A DNA stretch of 64,000 nt from Malacoraja senta (lineage: Eukaryota). A model generated the notes under the pieces. That model searched no databases and was not told where the DNA came from. It saw nothing but the letters and a program-made list of their open reading frames with translations. The position numbers were made by a program, and so were the translations under genes. Of the stretch, positions 1 through 9,960 are shown piece after piece (the first letter of the stretch is position 1; the number at the start of each line of letters is the position of its first letter). The stretch covers positions 1 through 64,000 of the forward strand of contig JAXLNO010000311.1 of the NCBI GenBank assembly GCA_038087875.1. The letters run 5' to 3'.

Positions 1-1061
1 TGAAATTTCAGTAGTAGTATTTTATTATGTTTATCCATAGTTGGGTCTTTAGCATTATCTATATCTAACTGTTTTATTTGATCTTCTAAGTGTCTTTGTT
101 CATTCTTATTCTTTTTATTTTGATAAGCTTGAAATGAAATAATGACTCCTCTTATAAATGCTTTGAAGGATTCCCATAATAACGTGGGGGCTATCTCTGG
201 TGTATCATTTAACTCAAAAAATAGATCCATCTGTTTTTTTAGATAGATACTCCCTTGAGGGTCTTTTAAAATTTGTGAGTTAAACCTCCAGAACGGTTTA
301 TTCATAGACATTCCTTCTAGTTTTAGAACAAAAGTTAACGGAGAATGATCTGAGATCGCATTAATATGATATTTAGGATTCAGAGATTGCGAAATTAATT
401 TTGTATCCACAAGAAAATAGTCTATCCGTGAATATGTTTTATGCACCATTGAATAAAACGAGTAATCCCTTCCCGTCGGGTTTGCAATCCTCCATACATC
501 TGTTATATTTGTGTTTTCCATATATGTGTGTAAGAGTTCACTGGTTTTAGATTTCGTCTGACCTTTTTGTTTTTGCATCGATTTATCTAAATAAGGATCT
601 AAAACACAATTAAAATCTCCTCCGATTATAACATTTTGATAATTAGATTCTGCAATTATATTCAGAATTTTATTAAAAAATTGAGGGTTATCAAAGTTGG
701 GCGCATATATGTTTACCAGCGTAATTGGCATATTATTGATCTCCCCTGCTACTATAAGATATCTCCCTTCCTTATCTAAAATAGTGTTCTTTGATTTAAA
801 TGGAATTCCTTTACGAATAATAATTGCAGTACCTCTAGATTTGGAGGTAAATGAAGAGTGAAATGTTTGGCCTATCCAGTTCGCCCTCAGTCTTGTCTGA
901 TCTTGCTGTTTAAGATGTGTTTCCTGTAGAAACGCAATGTCCGTGTTGTATGATTTCAACTGAGCTAGTATCTTGCCCCTTTTAATAGGTTCATTAATCC
1001 CCCTTATATTCCAACTACATAATGTGATTCCTCCTATTTTCTTTTGATTGTCGTCATGCAT
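1..1061 (-). CDS. L1 ORF2p N-terminus (APE endonuclease), partial at window edge
   Basis: Manual translation from ATG 1061: MHDDNQKKIGGITLCSWNIRGIN...IAFLQETHL...NIYAPN...IIGGDFN...YSRIDYFL...ISDHSPL...WRFNSQIL...LWESFKAFIRG; I found no stop codon down to position 3. Missing from the ORF track because it has no stop in the window. Confidence 0.93.
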   Translation of the reverse strand, partial: MHDDNQKKIGGITLCSWNIRGINEPIKRGKILAQLKSYNTDIAFLQETHLKQQDQTRLRANWIGQTFHSSFTSKSRGTAIIIRKGIPFKSKNTILDKEGRYLIVAGEINNMPITLVNIYAPNFDNPQFFNKILNIIAESNYQNVIIGGDFNCVLDPYLDKSMQKQKGQTKSKTSELLHTYMENTNITDVWRIANPTGRDYSFYSMVHKTYSRIDYFLVDTKLISQSLNPKYHINAISDHSPLTFVLKLEGMSMNKPFWRFNSQILKDPQGSIYLKKQMDLFFELNDTPEIAPTLLWESFKAFIRGVIISFQAYQNKKNKNEQRHLEDQIKQLDIDNAKDPTMDKHNKILLLKF

Positions 1062-1459
1062 TTTTACCAGTTTTAATGACCTTAATTATTGTGGTGCGTT
1101 CATACCTCCGGACTCTGGTTATTTTGGGAGTATTTCTATTATAGACTTCCTTGGTAGTTCTCCTGCGCGATTGTCCTTGAAGAAAAAACACACAGATGTG
1201 ACATATTGTGATTAAAAAAAATATATATAAATCAAATAAATTTACGGTGTCTAAAATTTCAACACCGTAGTGAGTGGCCCACTCGTCTGTGGGGTACGAC
1301 ATCCATAACGCTTCCGGCGTAGTTGGTATAAAGTTAGCCCCGCTGTATTTATTACCCAAAATCTATGGGGTCATTACCGTTTCCAATTCAGTTCTATTTC
1401 ACCCAGTTACAATTTATATATATGTCAAATGTATTCGATTCCATATCCTACTCACTCTT

Positions 1460-2030
1460 TATCTCTTAACTATTTTAAAATGAATTTAGTATTGTTAAAG
1501 TGAGCGGTTTACTGAGTGGATTAACCGGAGTCAGGTTCCTGGAATTGTGCCAGGTGCCTGATCTCCTCTCCTCTCCACGAGCTGCGAACATAGGTGATAA
1601 CTGCTGTCTGCGTTATGACGCAGGCACCACAGTTTTATCAGTTTCAAATATTATTTCTATATTAGTATTGTTAATTATTAATTATGATTAATTCTCAGCA
1701 TTTTGTAAAACTATATAAGCCGTATATATTTTTCATATCAACCTCGAGTGTATATTATCTCTTAACTATTTTAAATTGATTTTAATATTGTTAAAAATGA
1801 GCTGTTCGCTGGAAGGGTTAACGGGAGTCTGGCTCCTGGAGTTATGCCAGGTACCCGGTCTCCCCCTCCCTCCACTCTCGAGCTGCATAGCACTTGCTGT
1901 TATCTGCTAAACAGAGCAGACTGCACATTTTTTATCTATTTCAATTGCTATTTCTATATTAGTATTGTTAATTGTTAATTATTATTAGTTCTCAGTTTTT
2001 TCAGTTTTTTATAAACAATATAAGCCATGT
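1460..2030. repeat. Diverged tandem duplication (about 300-bp unit, 2 copies) in the L1 inter-ORF spacer
   Basis: tatctcttaactattttaaa...gccaggt...tttctatattagtattgttaatt occurs from about 1460 and again from about 1756. Confidence 0.8.
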
Positions 2031-2280
2031 GATGTTTTTCACTCTCAGCCCAGCAGTTCGTCCCGTGTTATCAGGTTTTCCTCGTTTGAGCACGTAGTGT
2101 CCTTGAATTACATAGCACAATGTTCCAGCGAAGATAATAATGTCTAGCCACGTCTCACTAAGAATCTGTTGCTTGAAGTCAAATAAAAAATAAAAAAATC
2201 AGTGTTCAGTTAATTCACTTTCCTTGTGATACTCTTGTTGGAAGAATAAGCAAGTTCGTTTGTTCATGTCGTCTTGGTTT

Positions 2281-3276
2281 TCAATCTCCAGTTGATGCAG
2301 CCTTAGTCGCGATTTCTTGAGCGTATTTGAGAGATTCATCCGAATTAGTGAATGTTTTTGACACTCCCTCAAAGGTGATACGCATTCTAGCCGGATAAAA
2401 CACTCCACACAAAACTCCCTTAACACCATAAAGAACTTCTCTGGTCTGTGAGAACTTTCTTCTCTTTTGCTCAATCTCATAAGGGTAGTCCCGTAGGAGT
2501 TTAATAGTATCACCTCTGTACATCATCTTCTCTCCGTGGTTGATTTTTTTCATCAGCGCTTCCATTGTTGAGATATCCCGAAGTTTAATTATGATCTGTC
2601 GTGGGTAGGCACGTTCTCCTTGAGATCTTGATTTAAATCTGGGGAGTCGATGTGCTACTTCAATTACAGGTACTTCTGGTAGCTTCAGTACGTGTTTAAT
2701 TAGGTTGGCAGCGAACTCACAAACATTGTCCCCCTCAGCTCCCTCTTTTACACCACGTATTCTTATATTTTGGCGTCTTGAGCGAGCTTCTAGGTCAACA
2801 CATTTATTCGAAACCTTTGTGACTTGGTTCTTGAGACTATCTATTTCTGACTTCATAGTCTGCATCTCTCCAGCCATCACTTCCACAACAGCTTCCAAAT
2901 CATTCACTGCAGATGCATTTGCAGCCACAGTTTCGTGCACAGCCTCAAACATCTTTGTGGTCTCTTCTGCCACCTTTTCAATTTTTATCGATAGTCCTTT
3001 TTCCACACCTTCAATTCTTTTTTGGAGAGCCTCAATACCCTCAAGTATTTTATCATTACCGGCCATCAATTTACTGTTCCCAGCTTCCATATCATTTTTG
3101 ATATCTCTTACCGAGTTTCTTAAGTCCTCCATTTCGGTTTTCTCTTTTACAGATCGAGTAGCCATTCCAGAGACCTCTCCAGAGGTCAGTTCTGAAGTTT
3201 CTTGCTGTTCCAGAGTCTTCAGCAGATGTTTTGAGATTTTCCTCTGTGGGCTCTGACCTGGAGATGTACTTTTCAT
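2281..3276 (-). CDS. L1 ORF1p (coiled coil, RRM, CTD), 331 aa, intact
   Basis: Long heptad region followed by DLEARSRRQNIRIRGVKEG, AHRL and FYPARMRI motifs typical of L1 ORF1p (Transposase_22 family). Confidence 0.9.
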   Translation of the reverse strand: MKSTSPGQSPQRKISKHLLKTLEQQETSELTSGEVSGMATRSVKEKTEMEDLRNSVRDIKNDMEAGNSKLMAGNDKILEGIEALQKRIEGVEKGLSIKIEKVAEETTKMFEAVHETVAANASAVNDLEAVVEVMAGEMQTMKSEIDSLKNQVTKVSNKCVDLEARSRRQNIRIRGVKEGAEGDNVCEFAANLIKHVLKLPEVPVIEVAHRLPRFKSRSQGERAYPRQIIIKLRDISTMEALMKKINHGEKMMYRGDTIKLLRDYPYEIEQKRRKFSQTREVLYGVKGVLCGVFYPARMRITFEGVSKTFTNSDESLKYAQEIATKAASTGD

Positions 3277-3461
3277 TTAAAATGACTTTCCCTCCGTTAT
3301 AATCGCGGCGCTTACTGATGACGTCATCAGCACCGCGACATGAAGCTCCGGTAAGTTTTTAAAAACGGTCCCGACCTCCAGACCCGATTTTAACGCGAAA
3401 AATCGCGATTTTTTCAGCGGAGCTAAAAAGTTTGCGACTGCTAGCAGAGCATGTCGCAACC

Positions 3462-4894
3462 GGAGGGTGGCAAATGTTGTGCCTCTTTTCAAGAAAGGCT
3501 GCAGGGAAAATGCTGGGAACTATAGGCCGGTGAGCTTAACATCTGCAGCTGGAAAGTTACTAGAGAGTATTCTGAGGGATAGGTTATACAGGCATTTGGA
3601 TGGGCAAGGGCTGATTGGGGATAGTCAGCATGGTTTTATACGTGGGAGGTCGTGTCTCACAGATCTGATTGATTTATTTTGAAGATGGACCAGAAAGGTC
3701 GATGAGGGCAGAGCTGTAGATGTTATGTACATGGATTTCAGTACGACATTCTACAAGGTTCTGCATGGTAGGCTGCTATGGATGGTTAGATCCCATGGGA
3801 TCCAAGGAAAGATAGCTGAATGGATAGCAAATTGGCTCCATGGAAGGAAGCAGAGGGTGATGGTGGAAGGTTGCTTCTCGTGACTAGTCGTGTGCCTCAG
3901 GGTTTGGTGATGGGCCCGTTACTGTTTGTCATCTACATCAATGATTTAGATCAGAACATACAGGGCAAGATTAGCAAGTTTGCGGATGATACAAAAGTGA
4001 GTGGTTTTGCAGATAGTGAAGATGGTTGTGAAAGATTGCAGCAAGATCTGGATCGATTGGCCAGGTAGGCTGAGGAATGATTGATGGAATTTAATACAAA
4101 GATGTGTGAGATGTTGCATTTTGGGATGTCGAACAAGGGCAGGACCTACACAGTAAATGGTAGGCCTCTGGGTAGTGTTGTAGAGCAGAGGGATCTAGGA
4201 GTGCAGGTGCATGGTTCCTTGAAGGTTGAGTCGCAGGTAGATAAGGTGGTCAAAAGATTTGGCACATTGGCCTTCATCAGTCAGAGTTTTGATTGTGGAA
4301 ACTGGGAGGTCATGTTGCAATTGTATAAGACGTTGGTGAGACCGCATTTAGAATATTGTGTTCAGTTCGGGGCACCATGTTATAGGAAAAATATTGTCAA
4401 GCTTGAAAGGATTCAGAGAAGATTTACGAGGATGTTGCCAGGACTAGAGGGTGTGAGCTATGGAGAGAGGTTGAGTAGGCTGGGTCTCTATTCCATGGAG
4501 CTCAGCGGGATGAGGGGAGATCTGATAGAGGTATACAAAATCATGAGAGGAATAGATCGGGTAGATGCACAGTTTCTTGCCCAGAGTAGGGTAATCGAGG
4601 ACCAGAGGACATATGTTCAAGGTGAAGGGGAAAATATTTAATAAGAATCCGAAGGGTAATGTTTTCACACAAAAGGTGGTGGGTGTATGGAACAAGTTGC
4701 CAGAGGAGGTAGCTGAGGCTGAGACTATCCAATCGATTTAAAAAACAGTTAGATAGGTACATGGATAGGACAGGTTTGGAGGAATATGGACTAAGCACAG
4801 GCAAGTGGGACTAGTGTAGCTGGGACATTGTTGGTCGGTGTGGGCAAGTTGGGCCGAAGGGCCTGTTTCCAAACTGTGTCACTTTATGACTCTA
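3462..4894 (+). mobile_element. CR1 LINE ORF2 (RT) fragment with 3' end, decayed; copy 1 of a local duplication
   Basis: ANVVPLFKKG, NYRPVSLTS, QHGF, VPQG..GPLLFVIYINDL, KFADDTK, LVRPHLEYCVQF motifs, with stops and frameshifts. Confidence 0.92.
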
Positions 4895-5825
4895 GTCTGT
4901 AGGGTAGTGTTAGTGGGCAGGAATCGTTGGGCGGTACGGACTCGGTGGGCCGAAGGGCCTGTTTCTGTGCTGTGTCTTTAAACTAAACTTAAAAATGAGA
5001 ACCCATTTATTGTACCCCAGATAAACCCACCACAGGCCAACCCACTTGTACTACCCCAGATAAACCCACTAGAAACATAGGAAAAACATAGAAAAATAGG
5101 TGCAGAAGTAGGCCATTCGGCCCTTTGAGCCACGGACTACAAGATAGCCTGCCGACACTCTACCCCAGATACATCCATAGAACAGCCCTGTGATACTGCA
5201 CCCGAGGTTGACTAATCTTTGCACCAGTGTCACCGTGGCTCTGAGCTTTGGGTGTGTGGACTGACGGTCTGTCAGCAGCGTGGGTCCATGGCGTTTCTGG
5301 AGAGAAAGAATGGGTGACATTTCAGGACAACGCCCTTCAGATTCCAGAGATGCTGCCCGACCCACTGAGTTACGACAGCTTTTTGTATCCATCTCGCTTG
5401 AGACGGGGTTGGGTTCAATAGCCGGCTGACTTGTGTGTGTTTCCCCTCCAGGTGTGTCCCTCACGTGAAGAAGTGGGTGCTGCTGGCATTACTGGGTAAG
5501 GACCTGCTCCATTTCACATCTCACTTCATCGATCATTGATGTCTGCCGGACAATATGAAGAGAAAATCTTCACTGAGGGTTGGAGCACGAGGCAAAGCAT
5601 GAGGAGAAACAGTAATGTTGAGAGTAAAGGATTAAAGGTGGAGGGATTGGGGTGGGCCCAGGGCTGTATTTAGCAGTCTGTTTGACAGAACAACAATGGT
5701 GAATTTATAGTGTCAACTGAGTATCCCGAGCCCAAGGTTCTTGTTGGAATTAGAGTGAGGTCCAAGCAGCTGAATTGAGGTTGTGTTATATTGTTCATAA
5801 ATTATAGGAGCAGAATTAGGCCATT

Positions 5826-7150
5826 TGGAAAGTGGTGAAATCATTGGACAAAGTCATCATGGATTTACGAAAGGTAAATCATGTCTGACGAATCTTATAG
5901 AATTTTTTGAGGATGTAACTAGTAGAGTGGATAGAGGAGAACCAGTGGATGTGTTGTATCTGGACTTTCAGAAGGCTTTCGACAAGGTCCCACATAAGAG
6001 ATTAGTATACAAACTTAAAGCACACTGTATTTGGGGTTCAGTATTGATGTGGATAGAGAACTGGCTGGCAAACAGGAAGCAAAGAGTAGGAGTAAACGGG
6101 TCCTTTTCAGAATGGCAGGCAGTGACTAGTGGGGTACCGCAAGGCTCAGTGCTGGGACCCCAGCTATTTACAATTTATATTAATGAACTGGATGAGGGAA
6201 TTGAAGGCAACATCTCCAAGTGTGCGGATGACACTAAGCTGGGGGGCAGTGTTAGCTGTGAGGAGGATGCTAGGAGACTGCAAGGTGACTTGGATAGGCT
6301 GGGTGAGTGGGCAAATGTTTGGCCGATGCAGTATAATGTGGATAAATGTGAGGTTATCCACTTTGGTGGCAAAAACAGGAAAGCAGACTATTATCTAAAT
6401 GGTGGCCGATTACGAAAAGGAGAGATGCAGCGAGACCTGGGTGTCATGGTACACCAGTCATTGAAATTAGGCATGCAGGTGCAGCAGGCAGTGAAGAAAG
6501 CGAATGGTATGTTAGCTTTCATAGCAAAAGGATTTGAGTACAGGAGCAGGGAGGTTCTACTGCAGTTGTACAGGGTCTTGGTGAGACCACACCAGGAGTA
6601 TTGCGTACAGTTTTGGTCTCCAAATCTGAGGAAGGACATTTATAGCCATAGAGGGAGTGCAGAGAAGGTTCACCAGACTGATTCTTGGGATGTCAGGACT
6701 TTCATATGAAGAAAGACTGGATAGACTTGGCTTATACTCGCTAGAATTTAGGAGATTGAGAGGGGATCTTATAGAAACTTACAAAATTCTTATGGGGTTG
6801 GACAGGCTAGATGCAGGAAGATTGTTCCCCATGTTGGGGAAGTCCAGGACAAGGGGTCACAGCTTAAGGATAAGGGGGATATCCTTTAAGACCGAGATGA
6901 GAAAAAACTTTTTTAAACAGAGAGTGGTGAATCTGTGGAACTCTCTGCCACAGAGGGTATTTGAGGCCAGTTCATTGGCAATATTTAAGAGCGAGTTAGA
7001 TGTGGCCCTTGTGGCTAAAGGCATCAGGGGGTATGGAGAGAAGGCAGGTACGGGATACTGAGTTGGATGATCAGCCATGATCATATTGAATGGCGGTGCA
7101 GGCTCGAAGGGCCGAATGGCCTACTCCTGCACCTATTTTCTATGTATCTA
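5826..7150 (+). mobile_element. CR1 LINE, 5'-truncated, nested in an older minus-strand CR1 3' end
   Basis: QHHGFTKGKSCLTNL, YLDFQKAFDKVPH, SGVPQGSVLGP, ADDTKL; 3'UTR ends ...cctgcacctattttctatgt; the host element continues on both sides (about 5795-5825 and 7151-7730). Confidence 0.93.
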
Positions 7151-7730
7151 AGCCTACTCCACTATTCAATCATGGCTGATCTATCTTTCCCTCTCAACCC
7201 CATTTTCCTGCCTGTTCCCCATAACCTCCGACACCCGTACTAATCAAGAATCTTATCAATCTCCACCTTAAACATACCCATTGTCTTGGCCTCCTCAGCC
7301 GTCTGTGGCAATGAATTTCACAGATTCATCACTCCCTAATTAAAGAAATTCCACCTTGTCTCCTTTCTAAAGGTGCGTGGTTTTGTTCTATGGCGATGGC
7401 CTCTGGTCCTAAACTCTCCCACTAGTGGAAACATCCTCTCCACATCCACTCTATCCAGGCCTTTCATTATTCGGCAAGTTTCAATGAAGTCCCTTCTCAT
7501 CCTACAGCGAGTACAGGTCCAGTGAGTACAGGCCCAGTGTCTACAAATGCTCATCACACGTCAACCCACTCATTCCTGGGATCATTCTCGTAAACCTCCT
7601 CTGGACCCTCTCTAATGCCAGCATTTCCTTCTTCAGATGTGGAGCCCAAAACCGCTCACAATACTCCAAATGTGGTCTGCCCAGTGCCTTATAAAGCCTC
7701 AGCGTTACATCCCTGTCTTTATATTCTATT
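7151..7730 (-). mobile_element. CR1 LINE 3' fragment
   Basis: Minus-strand MKGLDRVDVERMFPLVGE...RTRGH, the CR1 ORF2 C-terminus. Confidence 0.8.
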
Positions 7731-8089
7731 ATCAGGGTGCTTGTATTTGATCAACTCGCTGTTCTAACGCGTGCAAAGATGCTAATCTCCAGATTGTTCC
7801 CAGTAGCTGGTACAGTGAGTGTGGGTGTGGGAAGGGAGTGTGGGTGATGAGTAGGGGAGTGATGATGCAGGAGGGAGGGCTGTATATTCCTCGGGCATTG
7901 GCACTGGTTCTGAGGGCAGGTGGCACCTCGAGGCTGGGACCAATCTCCTCGATGGGTTTGCTAACGCAGTTTGGATGGGTTGATATGGTTTGGATAAGTT
8001 GGAGGAAATGGGAGGAGTCAAAGGATAAGTTATTGAGGGTAAGGACCAGCTCCGCTAGGACAGTAGGACGGAGGAACTTGGAGCAGTCA

Positions 8090-9711
8090 ATGGAAGTGTC
8101 TTAAGAGCAGTCAGTGTTACCGTCGAGGAAGTATTGAAGGTACTGTCGAGTTTGAAGGTAGACAAATCTCCGGGACCTGATCAGATATATCCGAGGACAC
8201 TGTGGGAAACTAGAGGGGAAATTTACGAGTCGTTCTTAAATACAAGAGAGGTGCTGGAAGACTGGAGGGTGGCAAATGTTGTGCCTCTTTTCAAGAAAGG
8301 CTGCAGGGAAAATGCTGGGAACTATAGGCCGGTGAGCTTAACATCTGCAGCTGGAAAGTTACTAGAGAGTATTCTGAGGGATAGGTTATACAGGCATTTG
8401 GATGGGCAAGGGCTGATTGGGGATAGTCAGCATGGTTTTATACGTGGGAGGTCGTGTCTCTCAGATCTGAATGAGTTTTTTTGAAGATGGACCAGAAAGG
8501 TCGATGAGGGCAGAGCTGTAGATGTTATGTAAATGGATTTCAGTACAACATTCTACAAGGTTCTGCATGGTAGGCTGCTCTGGATGGTTAGATCCCATGG
8601 GATCCAAGGAAAGATAGCTGAATGGATAGCAAATTGGCTCCACGGAAGGAAGCAGAGTGTGATGGTGGAAGGTTGCTTCTCGGACTGGAGGTCTGTGATT
8701 AGTGGTGTGACTCGGGGTTGGGTGCTGGGCCCGTTATTGTTTGTCATCTACATCAATGATTTGGATCAGAACATACAGGGCAAGATTAGCAAGTTTGCTG
8801 ATGATACAAAAGTGAGTGGTTTTGCAGATAGTGAAGATGGTTGTGAAAGATTGCAGCAAGATCTGGATCGATTGGCCAGGTAGGCTGAGGAATGATTGAT
8901 GGAATTTAATACAGAGATGTGTGAGATGTTGCATTTTGGGACACTGAACAAGGGCAGGACCTACACAGTAAATGGTAGGCCTCTGGGTAGTGTTGTAGAG
9001 CAGAGGGATCTAGGAGTGCAGGTGCATGGTTCCTTGAAGGTTGAGTCGCAGATAGATAAGGTGGTCAAAAAGGATTTGGCACATTGGCCTTCATCAGTCA
9101 GAGTTTTGATTGTGGAAACTGGGAGGTCATGTTGCAATTGTATAAGACGTTGGTGAGACCGCATTTAGAATATTGTGTTCAGTTCGGGGCACCATGTTAT
9201 AGGAAAAATATTGTCAAGCTTGAAAGGATTCAGAGAAGATTTACGAGGATGTTGCCAGGACTAGAGGGTGTGAGCTATGGGGAGAGGTTGAGTAGGCTGG
9301 GTCTCTATTCCATGGAGCTCAGCAGGATGAGGGGAGATCTTATAGAGGTATACAAAATCATGAGAGGAATAGATCGGGTAGATGCACAGTTTCTTGCCCA
9401 GAGTAGGGGAATCGAGGACCAGAGGACATATGTTCAAGGTGAAGGGGAAAACATTTAATAAGAATCCGAAGGGTAATGTTTTCACACAAAAGGTGGTGGG
9501 TGTATGGAACAAGTTGCCAGAGGAGGTAGCTGAGGCTGAGACTATCCAATCGTTTTAAAAAACATTTAGATAGGTACATGGATAGGACAGGTTTGGAGGA
9601 ATATGGCCTAAGCGCAGGCAAGTGGGACTAGTGTAGCTGAGATATTGTTGGTCGGTGTGGGCAAGTTGGGCCGAAGGGCCTGTTTCCAAACTCTGTCACT
9701 TTATGACTCTA
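8090..9711 (+). mobile_element. CR1 LINE ORF2 fragment with 3' end; copy 2 of the local duplication
   Basis: KSPGPDQIYPR, DWRVANVVPLFKKG...; near-identical to 3462-4894, including the same premature TAG after DLDRLAR. Confidence 0.92.
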
Positions 9712-9830
9712 GTCTGTAGGGTAGTGTTGGTGGGCGGGAATCGTTGGGCGGTACGGACTCGGTGGGCCGAAGGGCCTGTTTCTGTGCTGTGTCTTTAAAC
9801 TAAACTTAAAAATGAGAACCCATTTATTGT

Positions 9831-9960
9831 ACCCCAGATAAACCCACCACAGGCCAACCCACTTGTACTACCCCAGATAAACCCACCACAGGCCAACCCA
9901 CTTGTACTACCCCAGATAAACCCACCACAGGCCAACCCACTTGTACTACCCCAGATAAAC
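9831..9960 (+). repeat. 39-bp tandem repeat (about 3.3 copies; about 1.5 copies at 5014-5068)
   Basis: Unit accccagataaacccaccacaggccaacccacttgtact repeated head to tail. Confidence 0.95.

Larger units (their letters stand above)
1..3461 (-). mobile_element. L1-clade LINE, 5' part (5'UTR, ORF1, long spacer, start of ORF2); continues beyond the left edge of the window
   Basis: L1-type ORF1 and APE-endonuclease ORF2 on the minus strand; CpG-rich 5'UTR 3277-3461 ends abruptly where CR1 sequence resumes (compare the uninterrupted CR1 copy at 8265). Confidence 0.92.

Noticed and set aside
2705..3256. 183-aa plus-strand ORF, and the many antisense ORFs over CR1, ERV and PLE coding regions
   Set aside because: Shadow frames opposite real coding sequence, with no independent motifs.
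9831..9960. 39-bp repeats (and the 70-bp array at 33210-33925) as CRISPR arrays
   Set aside because: Head-to-tail units without unique spacers, in a eukaryotic context with no cas genes.
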